From: Candidatus Latescibacterota bacterium
GTDB lineage: Bacteria > Latescibacterota > UBA2968
DNA length: 64,000 nucleotides
NCBI GenBank assembly: GCA_965207885.1
Contig: OZ242311.1
Location: forward strand, 384,001 to 448,000
Direction of reading: 5' to 3'
In this document: one piece after another, positions 17,387 through 26,219 of the stretch
How positions within the stretch are numbered: position 1 is the first letter of the stretch
Layout: every line of letters starts with the position of its first letter
Notes under the pieces: generated by a model
Database searches by the model: none
Told to the model about the DNA's origin: nothing
The model's input: the letters and a program-made list of their open reading frames with translations, nothing else
Program-made: the position numbers and the translations under genes

Positions 17387-19804
17387 TTACTCCGTCCGCA
17401 AGGCATCCACTGGATTTGTCCGGGCGGCTTTGAGGGTCTGGGTGGTGACGGTTGTGAGTACGACGAGGAACAGGGCTATGCTGCCGAGTAAGAATATACT
17501 AATACCCAATTCGGTGCGGTAGGCGAAGGTTTGTAACCATTGATTGGTCGCGTAATAGGCGATGGGGAATGCGATGAGGCTCGATAGGGCGATGTAGAGG
17601 ACAAATTCTCGCGAGAGCAGGGATAGAATTTGCGTCTGTGATGCGCCCAGGACTTTGCGAATGCCTATTTCTTTGGTGCGTCTTGTTGTGGCGAGAGCAG
17701 CCAGTCCGAAAGCGCCGAGTGCAGCGATGAAGATGGCGAATCCCGTGGCGTATTGGATCATGAGATTCCAGCGTTCTTCTTTGTGGTATTGTCTGTCTAT
17801 GTATTCATCGACAAACGAAAAGTCGAATTCCAGAGCGGGTGCGATTTCTTTCCATTTTTCTTTCATAAATGCGATGGTGCCGGGCACATTTTCGGGATGG
17901 ATGCGAACCAGCAGGCTATGCTGGCTAATTGTGGAGAGGGGCATAATGACGGGTCCAATTTCATGGTGCAAAGAGCGAAAATGAAAGTCGCGTACGACGC
18001 CGATGATGGTCTTGGACTTGGAAATAGTACGCTTTTCGTGTGGATTATTCATTCGCGAGTCTTTTAGAACCTCTTTAATCGTTTTGCCAATGGGATCTTC
18101 TATACCGAGTTTTTTGACCAACGCCTCGTTGACGATAATCGATTTTTTTCGATCGGTTGGAAATTCCTCAGAATATTCCCGACCTGCAACGAGTTTTATG
18201 TCGAGTGTCTTGAACACATCGTAAGCAATAGGCATCATTTCAACCGGTTGTTCTTGAATGTCTTCATAACTCACAAAAATATTAGGAGGGCGCGGAGGCG
18301 CGAACATATTGCTGTATAAATCGCCACCATCAAACCAGGTTGTGCTGATCACCGCCGGATAGGACTGTAGTGCATCCCGAAAAACAGTGGGCAGGTTTCT
18401 GTACTCCGGTCTGAAGACCATATAAAAGGTCGAAATGGAAACGAGGTGTTCGGCCTGAAATCCCAGGGGTTTGGTTCGCAAATAAGCGAGTTGTTTGCCC
18501 ATCATCAGGGCGGTGATGATGAAGAATATGGATAGGGCAAACTGAAAAACGACCAGTACGCGACCAAAGCGATTGCCCGTTTTGACTCTCAATCGGCTCG
18601 TTATGATCTGGGTTGGCTGCAAGCGGGATAGTACAAAGGCGGGATATCCCCCTGCTGTGATGCCGACGAGGCTGATCAGCAGAATAAGAAAGGCGAGTGT
18701 TGTGAAATTGAGGCCGTCGCTCATAGACAGGGATTGGTGAGATAGGTTATTGAATGTTGGCAGGGCGAGTTCTGCTATGGCAATGCCAGCGATGCACGCG
18801 ATGGTGATGAGTAGGAGCGATTCGCCGATAAATTGTTTTGCGATTTGCAGGCGTCCTGCGCCGACGACTTTTCGCAAGCCGACTTCTCGCGCCCGGGTTG
18901 CCTGTCGTCCGAGTGTCAGGGTTGTGAAGTTGACACATGCGATAAATAGCACGAGTAGTGCAATGCCCGATAAGATGTACGTATAAATGGGATTGCTGGC
19001 ATCCGAGGTCTGGACAATTGGGTTAAAGTGCATTTGCGTGAGTGGCTGAAGTTTGAGCTGGTTTTCGCTCTTTTCTCCCCACCAGATTTTGGTCCATTTG
19101 GGAAATTGTTGTTCAAGGCTATTGGGATTTACATTTGGCGGAAGCAGCATATACGTGTCCGCTCTGGCGTATTTACTATCAGCGTACTCGCTTCCTTCAA
19201 AAGGCAATAGCATGTCAAATTGAAGCGTAGAATTTTTGGGCACATTTTTTAGAATACCCGTGACGGTGTAATTTTTAATTTCGTCTTTGCGCAGCACGGG
19301 ATTGAAATGCTGGATGGGAAGTGTCTCGCCAATCGCATTGGCATCTTTGAAATATTTTTCAGCAATTCTTTCCGTTATAAGCGCGGAATACTTGTCTTGA
19401 AGAGAGGCCTCGCCGCGAATGACTGGAAACGAAAAAAATTCGAGGAAGTTGGGATCAACATAACTCCACAAGGCTTCAAAAGCCCGATCGTCTATGCCAA
19501 TTTTTCCAAATCCCCCCCCTGAACGAGCCGTTTGCATCTCGGGGAATGCCTCCCTCAGTGCCGCGCCGTCAGTAGCTCGGGGGTCTTCTCCAATCCCGGA
19601 GGGCGTTTGCACATAGACCTGATAGATGCGGTTGGCGTTTTCGTGAAAGGTGTCGTAGGTCCATTCGTGGTGGACAAAGAGGTAGGTGATAATGCAGAAT
19701 GCGAGGCCGATGGACAGGCCGACGATGTTGATGGCGGAGTAGATGCGGTGTCTGGCGAGGTTGCGGATCGCTGTTTTCAGATAGCTAATAAATAGAGACA
19801 ACAT
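17387..19804 (-). CDS. MacB/FtsX-type ABC transporter permease
   Basis: YLKTAIRNL, IACVNF, REVGLRKVVGA, RTKEIGIRKVLGAS; ATG at 19804 after AGGAG. Confidence 0.93.
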   Translation of the reverse strand: MLSLFISYLKTAIRNLARHRIYSAINIVGLSIGLAFCIITYLFVHHEWTYDTFHENANRIYQVYVQTPSGIGEDPRATDGAALREAFPEMQTARSGGGFGKIGIDDRAFEALWSYVDPNFLEFFSFPVIRGEASLQDKYSALITERIAEKYFKDANAIGETLPIQHFNPVLRKDEIKNYTVTGILKNVPKNSTLQFDMLLPFEGSEYADSKYARADTYMLLPPNVNPNSLEQQFPKWTKIWWGEKSENQLKLQPLTQMHFNPIVQTSDASNPIYTYILSGIALLVLFIACVNFTTLTLGRQATRAREVGLRKVVGAGRLQIAKQFIGESLLLITIACIAGIAIAELALPTFNNLSHQSLSMSDGLNFTTLAFLILLISLVGITAGGYPAFVLSRLQPTQIITSRLRVKTGNRFGRVLVVFQFALSIFFIITALMMGKQLAYLRTKPLGFQAEHLVSISTFYMVFRPEYRNLPTVFRDALQSYPAVISTTWFDGGDLYSNMFAPPRPPNIFVSYEDIQEQPVEMMPIAYDVFKTLDIKLVAGREYSEEFPTDRKKSIIVNEALVKKLGIEDPIGKTIKEVLKDSRMNNPHEKRTISKSKTIIGVVRDFHFRSLHHEIGPVIMPLSTISQHSLLVRIHPENVPGTIAFMKEKWKEIAPALEFDFSFVDEYIDRQYHKEERWNLMIQYATGFAIFIAALGAFGLAALATTRRTKEIGIRKVLGASQTQILSLLSREFVLYIALSSLIAFPIAYYATNQWLQTFAYRTELGISIFLLGSIALFLVVLTTVTTQTLKAARTNPVDALRTE

Positions 19805-19869
19805 TGGTTTCTCCTGTGCAGGGATAGGACTCGCACCATACAGGTAAAGTGAATCTGTAAAAAATAGCA

Positions 19870-19885
19870 AGCAATTCCCGTGCCA
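19870..19885 (-). promoter_or_regulatory. Sigma54 (-24/-12) promoter
   Basis: The minus strand reads TGGCACG-GGAA-TTGCT, an exact sigma54 consensus, about 65 bp upstream of the permease ATG. Confidence 0.85.
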
Positions 19886-19949
19886 AAAACATCTTCTCTA
19901 TGTTTTACAAGTAGTTATGAAAATCTGTGCCATGAACGCCGTTCACTAA

Positions 19950-19988
19950 GTGTCCGATTTTGATACAGTAGTGTCCGAAAATGAACAC
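19950..19988. promoter_or_regulatory. Tandem imperfect palindromes, putative binding sites for a sigma54 enhancer-binding protein
   Basis: GTGTCCGATTTTGATACA and GTGTCCGAAAATGAACAC, 21-bp period, 65-100 bp upstream of the sigma54 site. Confidence 0.6.
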
Positions 19989-20093
19989 TTTATAAAAAAA
20001 CAGGAACATTGTTTTTAGTTCAATGTGCCTGCTGTATTATCGGAAGCAGGCATGATATAAGTCGCACGAAATTTGCCAGATTTTTCACTTCAC

Positions 20094-21384
20094 AAGCCCT
20101 TACCTCCCAAGTTTTTAAACTTGGGAGGTAAGGGCTTAGAATTTGTTTTGCTTTAGCAAATTGATCCTTACCAAAGCGTGTTATGTTGAGTATATTTGTC
20201 AATATGAAACTCACACTTCAAATACAACTGTTACCGGACGTTGCCACAGGCCAGAAGCTAAAAGCGACTGTTGCACGGTTCAATGAGGCTGCCAACTATC
20301 TTGCATCGAAGGCTTATGAGCGCACGTTGGCGAGTAAGTTTGCCCTACAAAAGCTGTACTATTCAGACTTGCGTCGCCAATTTGGTTTGTCCGCACAAAT
20401 GGCTATCCGTTGCATTGCCCAGGTTGTAGAAGCATTTAAGCGCGATAAAACGGTGCAACCGTCGTTTCGCCCAACTGCTGCTATGCCCTATGATCAACGG
20501 TTGTATAGCTTTAAGGGCATAGATCGTGTTTCGTTGCTCACCCTTGAAGGGCGCGTGCTTGTGCCGATGCTTATGGGCAACTACCAGCGTGAGCAGTTCG
20601 GCTATGCCAAAGGACAGGCAGACCTTGTGTTGCGTAAAGACGGCAAGTGGTTCTTGCTTGTCTCTGTCGATGTGCCTGATGGCACGCCAATACCGACCAC
20701 TGACTTTATCGGCGTTGATCTCGGGACAACAAACCTTGCTGTTACAGACGATGGTGAAACATTCTCCGGTGACACGGTTGAAAATGTTCGCCAGAAGATG
20801 CACGATCTGAAAAAGTCGCTCCAGCAGAAAGCGTCTGCCCTTGTCAAGCAAGGCAAAAGGCCGAAGAATGTCCGCAGAAAACTCTCTGTCATCTCTGGCA
20901 GGGAGAGCCGATTTCGCAGGAACACCAACCATATCATCTCTAAGCGCATTGTTGAGAAGGCTAAAGACACTGGCAAAGCGATTGCTCTTGAAGACCTCGA
21001 AGGCATACGCAAGAGCCAGAAACGGTTTCGCAAGCCTCAACGTGCTAAAATGTCTGGGTGGTCTTTCTTCCAACTGCGCACCTTTATCGAATATAAGGCA
21101 AAGCGTGCTGGTATCCGCATAGAACCTGTTGACCCCAAATATACCAGCCAGACGTGTGCCGAGTGTGGACATTGTGAGAAATCCAATAGACAAACCCAGG
21201 CATCCTTCCTGTGCAAAGTGTGTGGTCATAAAGACCATGCTGACCGCAACGCTGCTCGGAATATCCGAGCAAAGGCTTTGTGTCAACAAGCCTAAAGTCT
21301 CGCCATACCCCAATGGTGGTGTCAACCACCGGGGGAATCATGTGGCAGGGACAAGCCCACAGGCTTTAGACGTGGGTGGTTGAC
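20094..21384 (+). mobile_element. Non-autonomous IS200/IS605-family (IS1341-like) element carrying only tnpB
   Basis: Perfect 21-bp inverted repeat at 20094-20137 (left end). Right-end hairpin AAGCCCACAGGCTTTAGACGTGGG..TTGAC at 21353-21384. No tnpA in between. Confidence 0.8.
20204..21295 (+). CDS. tnpB: TnpB RNA-guided endonuclease
   Basis: RuvC I GVDLG, RuvC II IALEDL, YTSQTCAECG...CKVCG zinc finger, RuvC III HADRNAARNI. Confidence 0.95.
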   Translation: MKLTLQIQLLPDVATGQKLKATVARFNEAANYLASKAYERTLASKFALQKLYYSDLRRQFGLSAQMAIRCIAQVVEAFKRDKTVQPSFRPTAAMPYDQRLYSFKGIDRVSLLTLEGRVLVPMLMGNYQREQFGYAKGQADLVLRKDGKWFLLVSVDVPDGTPIPTTDFIGVDLGTTNLAVTDDGETFSGDTVENVRQKMHDLKKSLQQKASALVKQGKRPKNVRRKLSVISGRESRFRRNTNHIISKRIVEKAKDTGKAIALEDLEGIRKSQKRFRKPQRAKMSGWSFFQLRTFIEYKAKRAGIRIEPVDPKYTSQTCAECGHCEKSNRQTQASFLCKVCGHKDHADRNAARNIRAKALCQQA

Positions 21385-21404
21385 GTTCGACAGAACCTGA
21401 AAAA
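21230..21404 (+). ncRNA. Putative TnpB omega/reRNA (scaffold at the element right end plus ~20-nt flanking guide); bounds approximate
   Basis: Hairpins ggtggt-gtca-accacc and the right-end stem. Position inferred from established TnpB biology. Confidence 0.5.
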
Positions 21405-21417
21405 CCTCTTCTATTAG

Positions 21418-21446
21418 TTGACAAAAAGCAGGGCATACACTACATT
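21418..21446 (+). promoter_or_regulatory. Sigma70-like promoter
   Basis: TTGACA-17 bp-TACATT. Confidence 0.55.
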
Positions 21447-21486
21447 TGGCTCATATCCGCTACGCTCGTAGGCGAGTCTATCTTTT

Positions 21487-21524
21487 AGCCCCCGTGTGGT
21501 GACGCACAGGGGCTTTTATTTTTT
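21487..21524 (+). terminator. Intrinsic terminator-like hairpin in the leader of the opine dehydrogenase gene
   Basis: AGCCCCCGTGTG-GTGA-CGCACAGGGGCT followed by TTTATTTTTT. Confidence 0.6.
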
Positions 21525-21578
21525 AATAAAGGTGAAAAATGCGTCGAATATTTTGATCTTTGGAAAGGAAGATGCCTT

Positions 21579-22667
21579 ATGTCTGAACATATTACAATTT
21601 TGGGTGGGGGTAATACGGCGTTTGCCGCGGCTGCGAATCTGACGTTGAAGGGGTTTGGTGTTACGCTTTGCGAATTGCCGGATTTCAGGGAGATGCTCGA
21701 TCCCGTGCGCGATAGTGGGGTGATTCATCTGGTAGGTGTTGAGGAGACGGGGGCGGCGAAGGTTCACAGTTTGACCACGGATATTGAGGCAGCTTTGAAG
21801 GCCTCGGATCTGATTCTGGTGATTGTGCCAGCGTATGCACATAAGCCTTTTGCGCTGGCGTGTGCGCCCTATCTGGGACCCGAGCATACGGTTGTGCTGA
21901 TGCCGGGTACGCTGGGTACGCTGGAATGGGCGACGTTGTTGAGAGAACAGGGTGTGGCGGGGGTCACGCTTGCCGAGGTGGATACTGCGCCTTATGTGTG
22001 TCGGAAGACTGCGCCGGATACGGCGACGATTTGGGGTACTGTGACCGGATTAGGTCTGGGGGTTTTGCCGGCGACGGAGACTGAGCGGGTGCGCGAGCGT
22101 TTGTCGCCTTTTTTTCCGGGGATTCAGGCGTATCCAACGGCGATGGCGTGTGGTTTGTCTGCGATGAATCCGGTTGTGCATCCCGCGGGTGTGTTGATGA
22201 ACACGGGGCGGATTGAGTATTCTCACGGGGAGTTCTATTTTTACGAGGAGGGGGTTTCCCCGTCTGTGGCGAAGACGATTATGGCTGTGGATGCAGAGCG
22301 CAGAGCCATTGCAAAGGCTTTGGGGTATGATCTGGTGGGGGCTGATGAGGCGTTTTATCGCGCGGGTTTTGGTCCGAAGGGGGATTTGTGGGCCGCGATT
22401 AATGGCAGCCGGATGCTGACGCAGCTCAAGGCACCGGGGTCGCTTGAGAGCCGATGGCTTACGGAGGATATTCCCTATGGTCTTTCAGCGTGGCACGATG
22501 TGGGCGCGCAATACGGGGTGGATGCGCCTTTGATGCGCGGGCTGGTGGATATTGCGTCTGTGGTGATGGGTTTTGATGGATGGACTTCAGGGCGCAGCGT
22601 GCGCGAGTTGGGGATTGAGGGGATGGATCTGGATGGTTTGAATGCGTTTTTGGAGACGGGATTATGA
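21579..22667 (+). CDS. NAD/NADP octopine/nopaline (opine) dehydrogenase family protein
   Basis: ILGGGN, VPAYAH, NPVVHP, FYFYEEG, RWLTEDIPYGL. Confidence 0.9.
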   Translation: MSEHITILGGGNTAFAAAANLTLKGFGVTLCELPDFREMLDPVRDSGVIHLVGVEETGAAKVHSLTTDIEAALKASDLILVIVPAYAHKPFALACAPYLGPEHTVVLMPGTLGTLEWATLLREQGVAGVTLAEVDTAPYVCRKTAPDTATIWGTVTGLGLGVLPATETERVRERLSPFFPGIQAYPTAMACGLSAMNPVVHPAGVLMNTGRIEYSHGEFYFYEEGVSPSVAKTIMAVDAERRAIAKALGYDLVGADEAFYRAGFGPKGDLWAAINGSRMLTQLKAPGSLESRWLTEDIPYGLSAWHDVGAQYGVDAPLMRGLVDIASVVMGFDGWTSGRSVRELGIEGMDLDGLNAFLETGL

Positions 22668-22723
22668 AGTGAGAAGAGTAAAGTAAGAAGGCATAAGACT
22701 AAAGACAGTTCGATATATGTAAA

Positions 22724-22751
22724 AGCCCACCTGCTGGGGAGCGGGTGGGCT
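22724..22751. terminator. Hairpin between convergent genes
   Basis: AGCCCACCTGCT-GGGG-AGCGGGTGGGCT. Confidence 0.55.
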
Positions 22752-22755
22752 ACTT

Positions 22756-24090
22756 TCATTCAATCAATTCTTTGACATTGTGAACGCGAATATCGACTTC
22801 GGGCAAATGGGTGTTCAGGATTTCGATAATGTGATCCTTGGGGCCGACGAAGAGCATGATCATATTCTGCGGCACAAAGAATTTTTCGAGAAAGGCGCGC
22901 ACTTCATCATCGGTGACGGCATCAGAGCCGCCTTTGCGGCGTGGTGATTTGTAAATGGCTCTGCTTACCGCGCGGTTGAGTCTCTGCTGTGGTGTTCTGT
23001 CGTGGACAAAAGATATATCGTCAGTTTCACGGTGTTCTTTGAGTGTTTCCCAAAAGCGAGGGTTGTCGGGCAGGTTTTGGATGAAGTCGAACATTTTTGT
23101 GATCAATTCTTCGCTGTTATGAAGTTGGGGATCGGCAGAGATTTCGAGATATCGTACATTTTGTTCGGATTGATACTGGCAAGAAGTCCCATAGACCAAT
23201 TTCAATTCTTCTCTGAAATATTTATAGAGCAACCTGTTAGGAGATCCGCGAAGCGTGTTCGTTATCAGGTTTGGAATATAATTTTCTTCACCCGTGCGGC
23301 CGCATGGGATCATCCAACGACAGAATACATTTTTTAAGTGTGAATAACCCTCAAAAATAAAAACCGTGGGACCAACTTTGGCATTTGTCGATGGAATATT
23401 CAATGAATGCACAAAGCCGCCCGCCTGTCCGCGCATCTTCCTTTCTTCTGTTAATGGACGAAGTACCTTCGCAATTTCAGTGGAATCTCGGTCTGAGATG
23501 ACCTTAAAGAATACCACGTCTGTTTTCAGGAGTTGATCCCCGTATTGTCTGACGTCGTATAGTGAGAGATCATTCAGCATTTTTAATGAGCGCATTTTCA
23601 GGAGGCCAAGGGTTTGTGACAGTGCCAGATTTTTCATTAGTGCATAGGTTGGGTGTTTGATCTGATTTTTGTAATCGGCACTTAGTTGTGATTTTACATA
23701 TTTCAGATCATACTCTGTAAACGCGAGATTATATATCAGATCGCGGACTATTTCTATTGCTTTGCCACTGTTCTCGGATAAGCCATAAATGGAGATGGTC
23801 TGGTATTCAGTGCTGGTCGTGATATTCAGATGGGTGCCCAATGCTTCGAGTTGATCCAGAGGCTCCTGTTTTTTTGCCGTTTCCCAAATTAATTTTTCGA
23901 CTGTTTCTGCAAGGCCAATCTGCGAAGCGTGTTCCGCACCGGTTCCCGCGCCGAGAAAGACAATCTCAATTCTGGTGAGGGGGGCGCGTTTGTCGATGCG
24001 ATAAAAGATGTGGTGGTTGGGAATTTCGGCAAACGCAGGTAGGGTACCAAAGAGAATAAAGCTAAATATCGGGGTTAAAAATCGCTTCAT
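22756..24090 (-). CDS. M16 peptidase-like subunit, probably non-catalytic, with signal peptide
   Basis: P....IVF.GAG...E...GLA, FREELKLVYG; no HxxEH motif; overlaps the upstream M16 gene. Confidence 0.7.
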   Translation of the reverse strand: MKRFLTPIFSFILFGTLPAFAEIPNHHIFYRIDKRAPLTRIEIVFLGAGTGAEHASQIGLAETVEKLIWETAKKQEPLDQLEALGTHLNITTSTEYQTISIYGLSENSGKAIEIVRDLIYNLAFTEYDLKYVKSQLSADYKNQIKHPTYALMKNLALSQTLGLLKMRSLKMLNDLSLYDVRQYGDQLLKTDVVFFKVISDRDSTEIAKVLRPLTEERKMRGQAGGFVHSLNIPSTNAKVGPTVFIFEGYSHLKNVFCRWMIPCGRTGEENYIPNLITNTLRGSPNRLLYKYFREELKLVYGTSCQYQSEQNVRYLEISADPQLHNSEELITKMFDFIQNLPDNPRFWETLKEHRETDDISFVHDRTPQQRLNRAVSRAIYKSPRRKGGSDAVTDDEVRAFLEKFFVPQNMIMLFVGPKDHIIEILNTHLPEVDIRVHNVKELIE

Positions 24091-25567
24091 TGAGTATCAC
24101 CTTTTGAGAAGTGGAGGCAGGCGTCCTGGCCTTTCTCCGCCATTTTTTTCCCCATCCATATAGTGCGACAATACCGCCTAACAGGGTTAGAGCTCCGATC
24201 AATGTCAATACTATAACTGTATAGTGCCCAAAGTGCAGGGATCTTCGCGGAGCCGATTCTATCTTTGTGAGGGAGTGGGTAATTGAATTGTCATCTTTCA
24301 GGTATTGATCGATGATGCGCGGAATATCTTCTGCGCGGATGGATTTAAGGTCTTGTATCAATTTGGGATAGAGAAGGGGATCATCTGCGTGGGCAAATGC
24401 GCCGCCAAATGAAGTCGCCAGGCTCGATCGGTTGTAAAATGCGGAATACAGGTTGGTCAACTGTCGGTTTCGGGCGGCATTGAATTCTGCATCAGAAATG
24501 GTTTTGAGATTTACCAATGCCACATGGATCATGTCCTGGATCGTATTTCTGGATGTATTATGGGGCAGTTCTGCATAGCAAGTCATCAAGCCGAATCCCT
24601 TAAAGCTGCCTACTGAGACGCCGAAAGATTTTGCGAGCCGAGAATCGACGAGAGATGCGCGCAGGGAATTTGAGGGCTTTTCCAGCAGACGTTCCACAAT
24701 GAGCAGACCCGCATAGTCGCGATTGCCTAAATTGGGTGTGTACCAACCCTTCCTGAATATGGTAAAGTTGAGATTGTTTGATGAGTTTTTTCGTCTTTTT
24801 CCAAGTACGTCATGGTCGGGGAATTGGGGCGAGTACAATTTGACCGGCACTATATCATTGCCATAAGCCTCGTCGAGTTTGGTGAGGACATGGTCGATAT
24901 CCACATCGCCAATGATAACGACGAGTCTTTTTTGCTCGCGCAGGAAATTTTCGTAGTAATCTTTCAAACCAACGGGTTCGAGTTGTCGAATAAATGTCTC
25001 TGCTCCAAGACTATTAAAATTTTTCTTTCCATAGATTAAACCGTAAAAATAATTCAAAGATCGGCGTGTTGGTCGTGCCAGTCTTTGGCTTCTTTCTGTC
25101 AGTACGATCTTTTTTTCTTTCTCCACGACTTCTTCATCAATTACTGTATCGTAATATATGTTGCGGTCTATCTCAACGGCGAGGTCAAATTTGTCCTTCG
25201 GAAATCTCAGTGTAAAGCGCGTGAAATGGTAATATGTCGCGGCGTGTCTTTGCCCGCCATTGTCGGCGATAATCTGGTTGAGTTCGCCGGGTTCATAGCT
25301 TCCTCTGCCCATCATAATATGCTCTAAGAAGTGGAGCCGTCCTTGTTTGCCTTCGGCTTCATCTGCGGAACCCGCGCAGTAGAAGGTCTGGTATTCAAAG
25401 GTCGGGATGGTGCGCTCGACGACGATGACGGCGTCGAGCTTGGGGTTGATGGTGTAGTGCTGCGCGACGAGTGTTTCCGATAATGTCGCTGTGCCGATAA
25501 GTTCGTAGGCCGTGCAGGTACACGGCAAGAGGCATGCAAGAATAATGATGTGCGCGTAGTGCTTCAT
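24062..25567 (-). CDS. M16 family zinc metallopeptidase with C-terminal TM anchor
   Basis: GSADE..GKQGRLHFLEHIM (HxxEH), EKKIVLTE, IIGD; hydrophobic C-terminal helix followed by KKWRRK. Confidence 0.8.
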   Translation of the reverse strand: MKHYAHIIILACLLPCTCTAYELIGTATLSETLVAQHYTINPKLDAVIVVERTIPTFEYQTFYCAGSADEAEGKQGRLHFLEHIMMGRGSYEPGELNQIIADNGGQRHAATYYHFTRFTLRFPKDKFDLAVEIDRNIYYDTVIDEEVVEKEKKIVLTERSQRLARPTRRSLNYFYGLIYGKKNFNSLGAETFIRQLEPVGLKDYYENFLREQKRLVVIIGDVDIDHVLTKLDEAYGNDIVPVKLYSPQFPDHDVLGKRRKNSSNNLNFTIFRKGWYTPNLGNRDYAGLLIVERLLEKPSNSLRASLVDSRLAKSFGVSVGSFKGFGLMTCYAELPHNTSRNTIQDMIHVALVNLKTISDAEFNAARNRQLTNLYSAFYNRSSLATSFGGAFAHADDPLLYPKLIQDLKSIRAEDIPRIIDQYLKDDNSITHSLTKIESAPRRSLHFGHYTVIVLTLIGALTLLGGIVALYGWGKKWRRKARTPASTSQKVILNEAIFNPDI

Positions 25568-25585
25568 ATTGGATATTCGTGATAA

Positions 25586-25618
25586 AGGCAGGCGCGACCG
25601 GACTGGTCGCGCCTGCTT
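25586..25618. terminator. Inverted repeat / terminator-like hairpin
   Basis: AGGCAGGCGCGACC-GGACT-GGTCGCGCCTGCTT. Confidence 0.5.
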
Positions 25619-25628
25619 GTGCTATGTG

Positions 25629-26207
25629 TTAGAGTTTTTCGATTTCTATGTTGCGGAACCAGATCTGGTTGCCGTGGTCTTGTAGGCCGATGTACCCGGC
25701 TTCGGTCATTTCGCGGAATGCGCGGTTGAATTTGTTGCGCGTGCCGTCGGGGTTCTGGTTCGGCGTGGTCCAGCGGTTGAGGTCCATGTCGGTGATTTGC
25801 TCGCCGTTTAAGGTGACGCGGATGATGTTGTCCATGGTGTAGAGGATCATGTGATTCCATTCACCCGCGGGTTTGCAGGTGTTGTGCGTGGGGGCTTGTA
25901 GATCATAGACTGCGCCGCAGCATTTGGTGGTTGCGGGTTCGTGTCCGTGTGTGTCCAGAATTTGGATTTCAATGCCGGTTTGCACGGGGTTGTCCAGATC
26001 GGTCCAGCGGAAGAAGACACCGCTGTTGGTTCTGGGGGGATGTTTGAATTCGAGCGAGAGTTCAAAGTTTTTGAACTGGTCTTCTGTGTAGTACAGGTAT
26101 TTCCCCTGTTCTGCGGTGCAGAAGAGGCAGCCGTGATCTACGATCCAACCGTCGGGATTGCCGGTGGCTGCCCAGCCGTTGAGGGTTTTGCCGTCGAAGA
26201 GTTGCAT
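25629..26207 (-). CDS. DUF1080 (3-keto-disaccharide hydrolase-like) protein
   Basis: LFDGKTLNGW, NSGVFFR, EIQILD, GEWN, GYIGLQDHG..WFRNI. Confidence 0.92.
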   Translation of the reverse strand: MQLFDGKTLNGWAATGNPDGWIVDHGCLFCTAEQGKYLYYTEDQFKNFELSLEFKHPPRTNSGVFFRWTDLDNPVQTGIEIQILDTHGHEPATTKCCGAVYDLQAPTHNTCKPAGEWNHMILYTMDNIIRVTLNGEQITDMDLNRWTTPNQNPDGTRNKFNRAFREMTEAGYIGLQDHGNQIWFRNIEIEKL

Positions 26208-26219
26208 GTAGCCTCCTTG

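Noticed and set aside
20020-20214. Possible tnpA upstream of tnpB
   Set aside because: The short ORF lacks the HUH and catalytic Tyr motifs and crosses the left-end hairpin.
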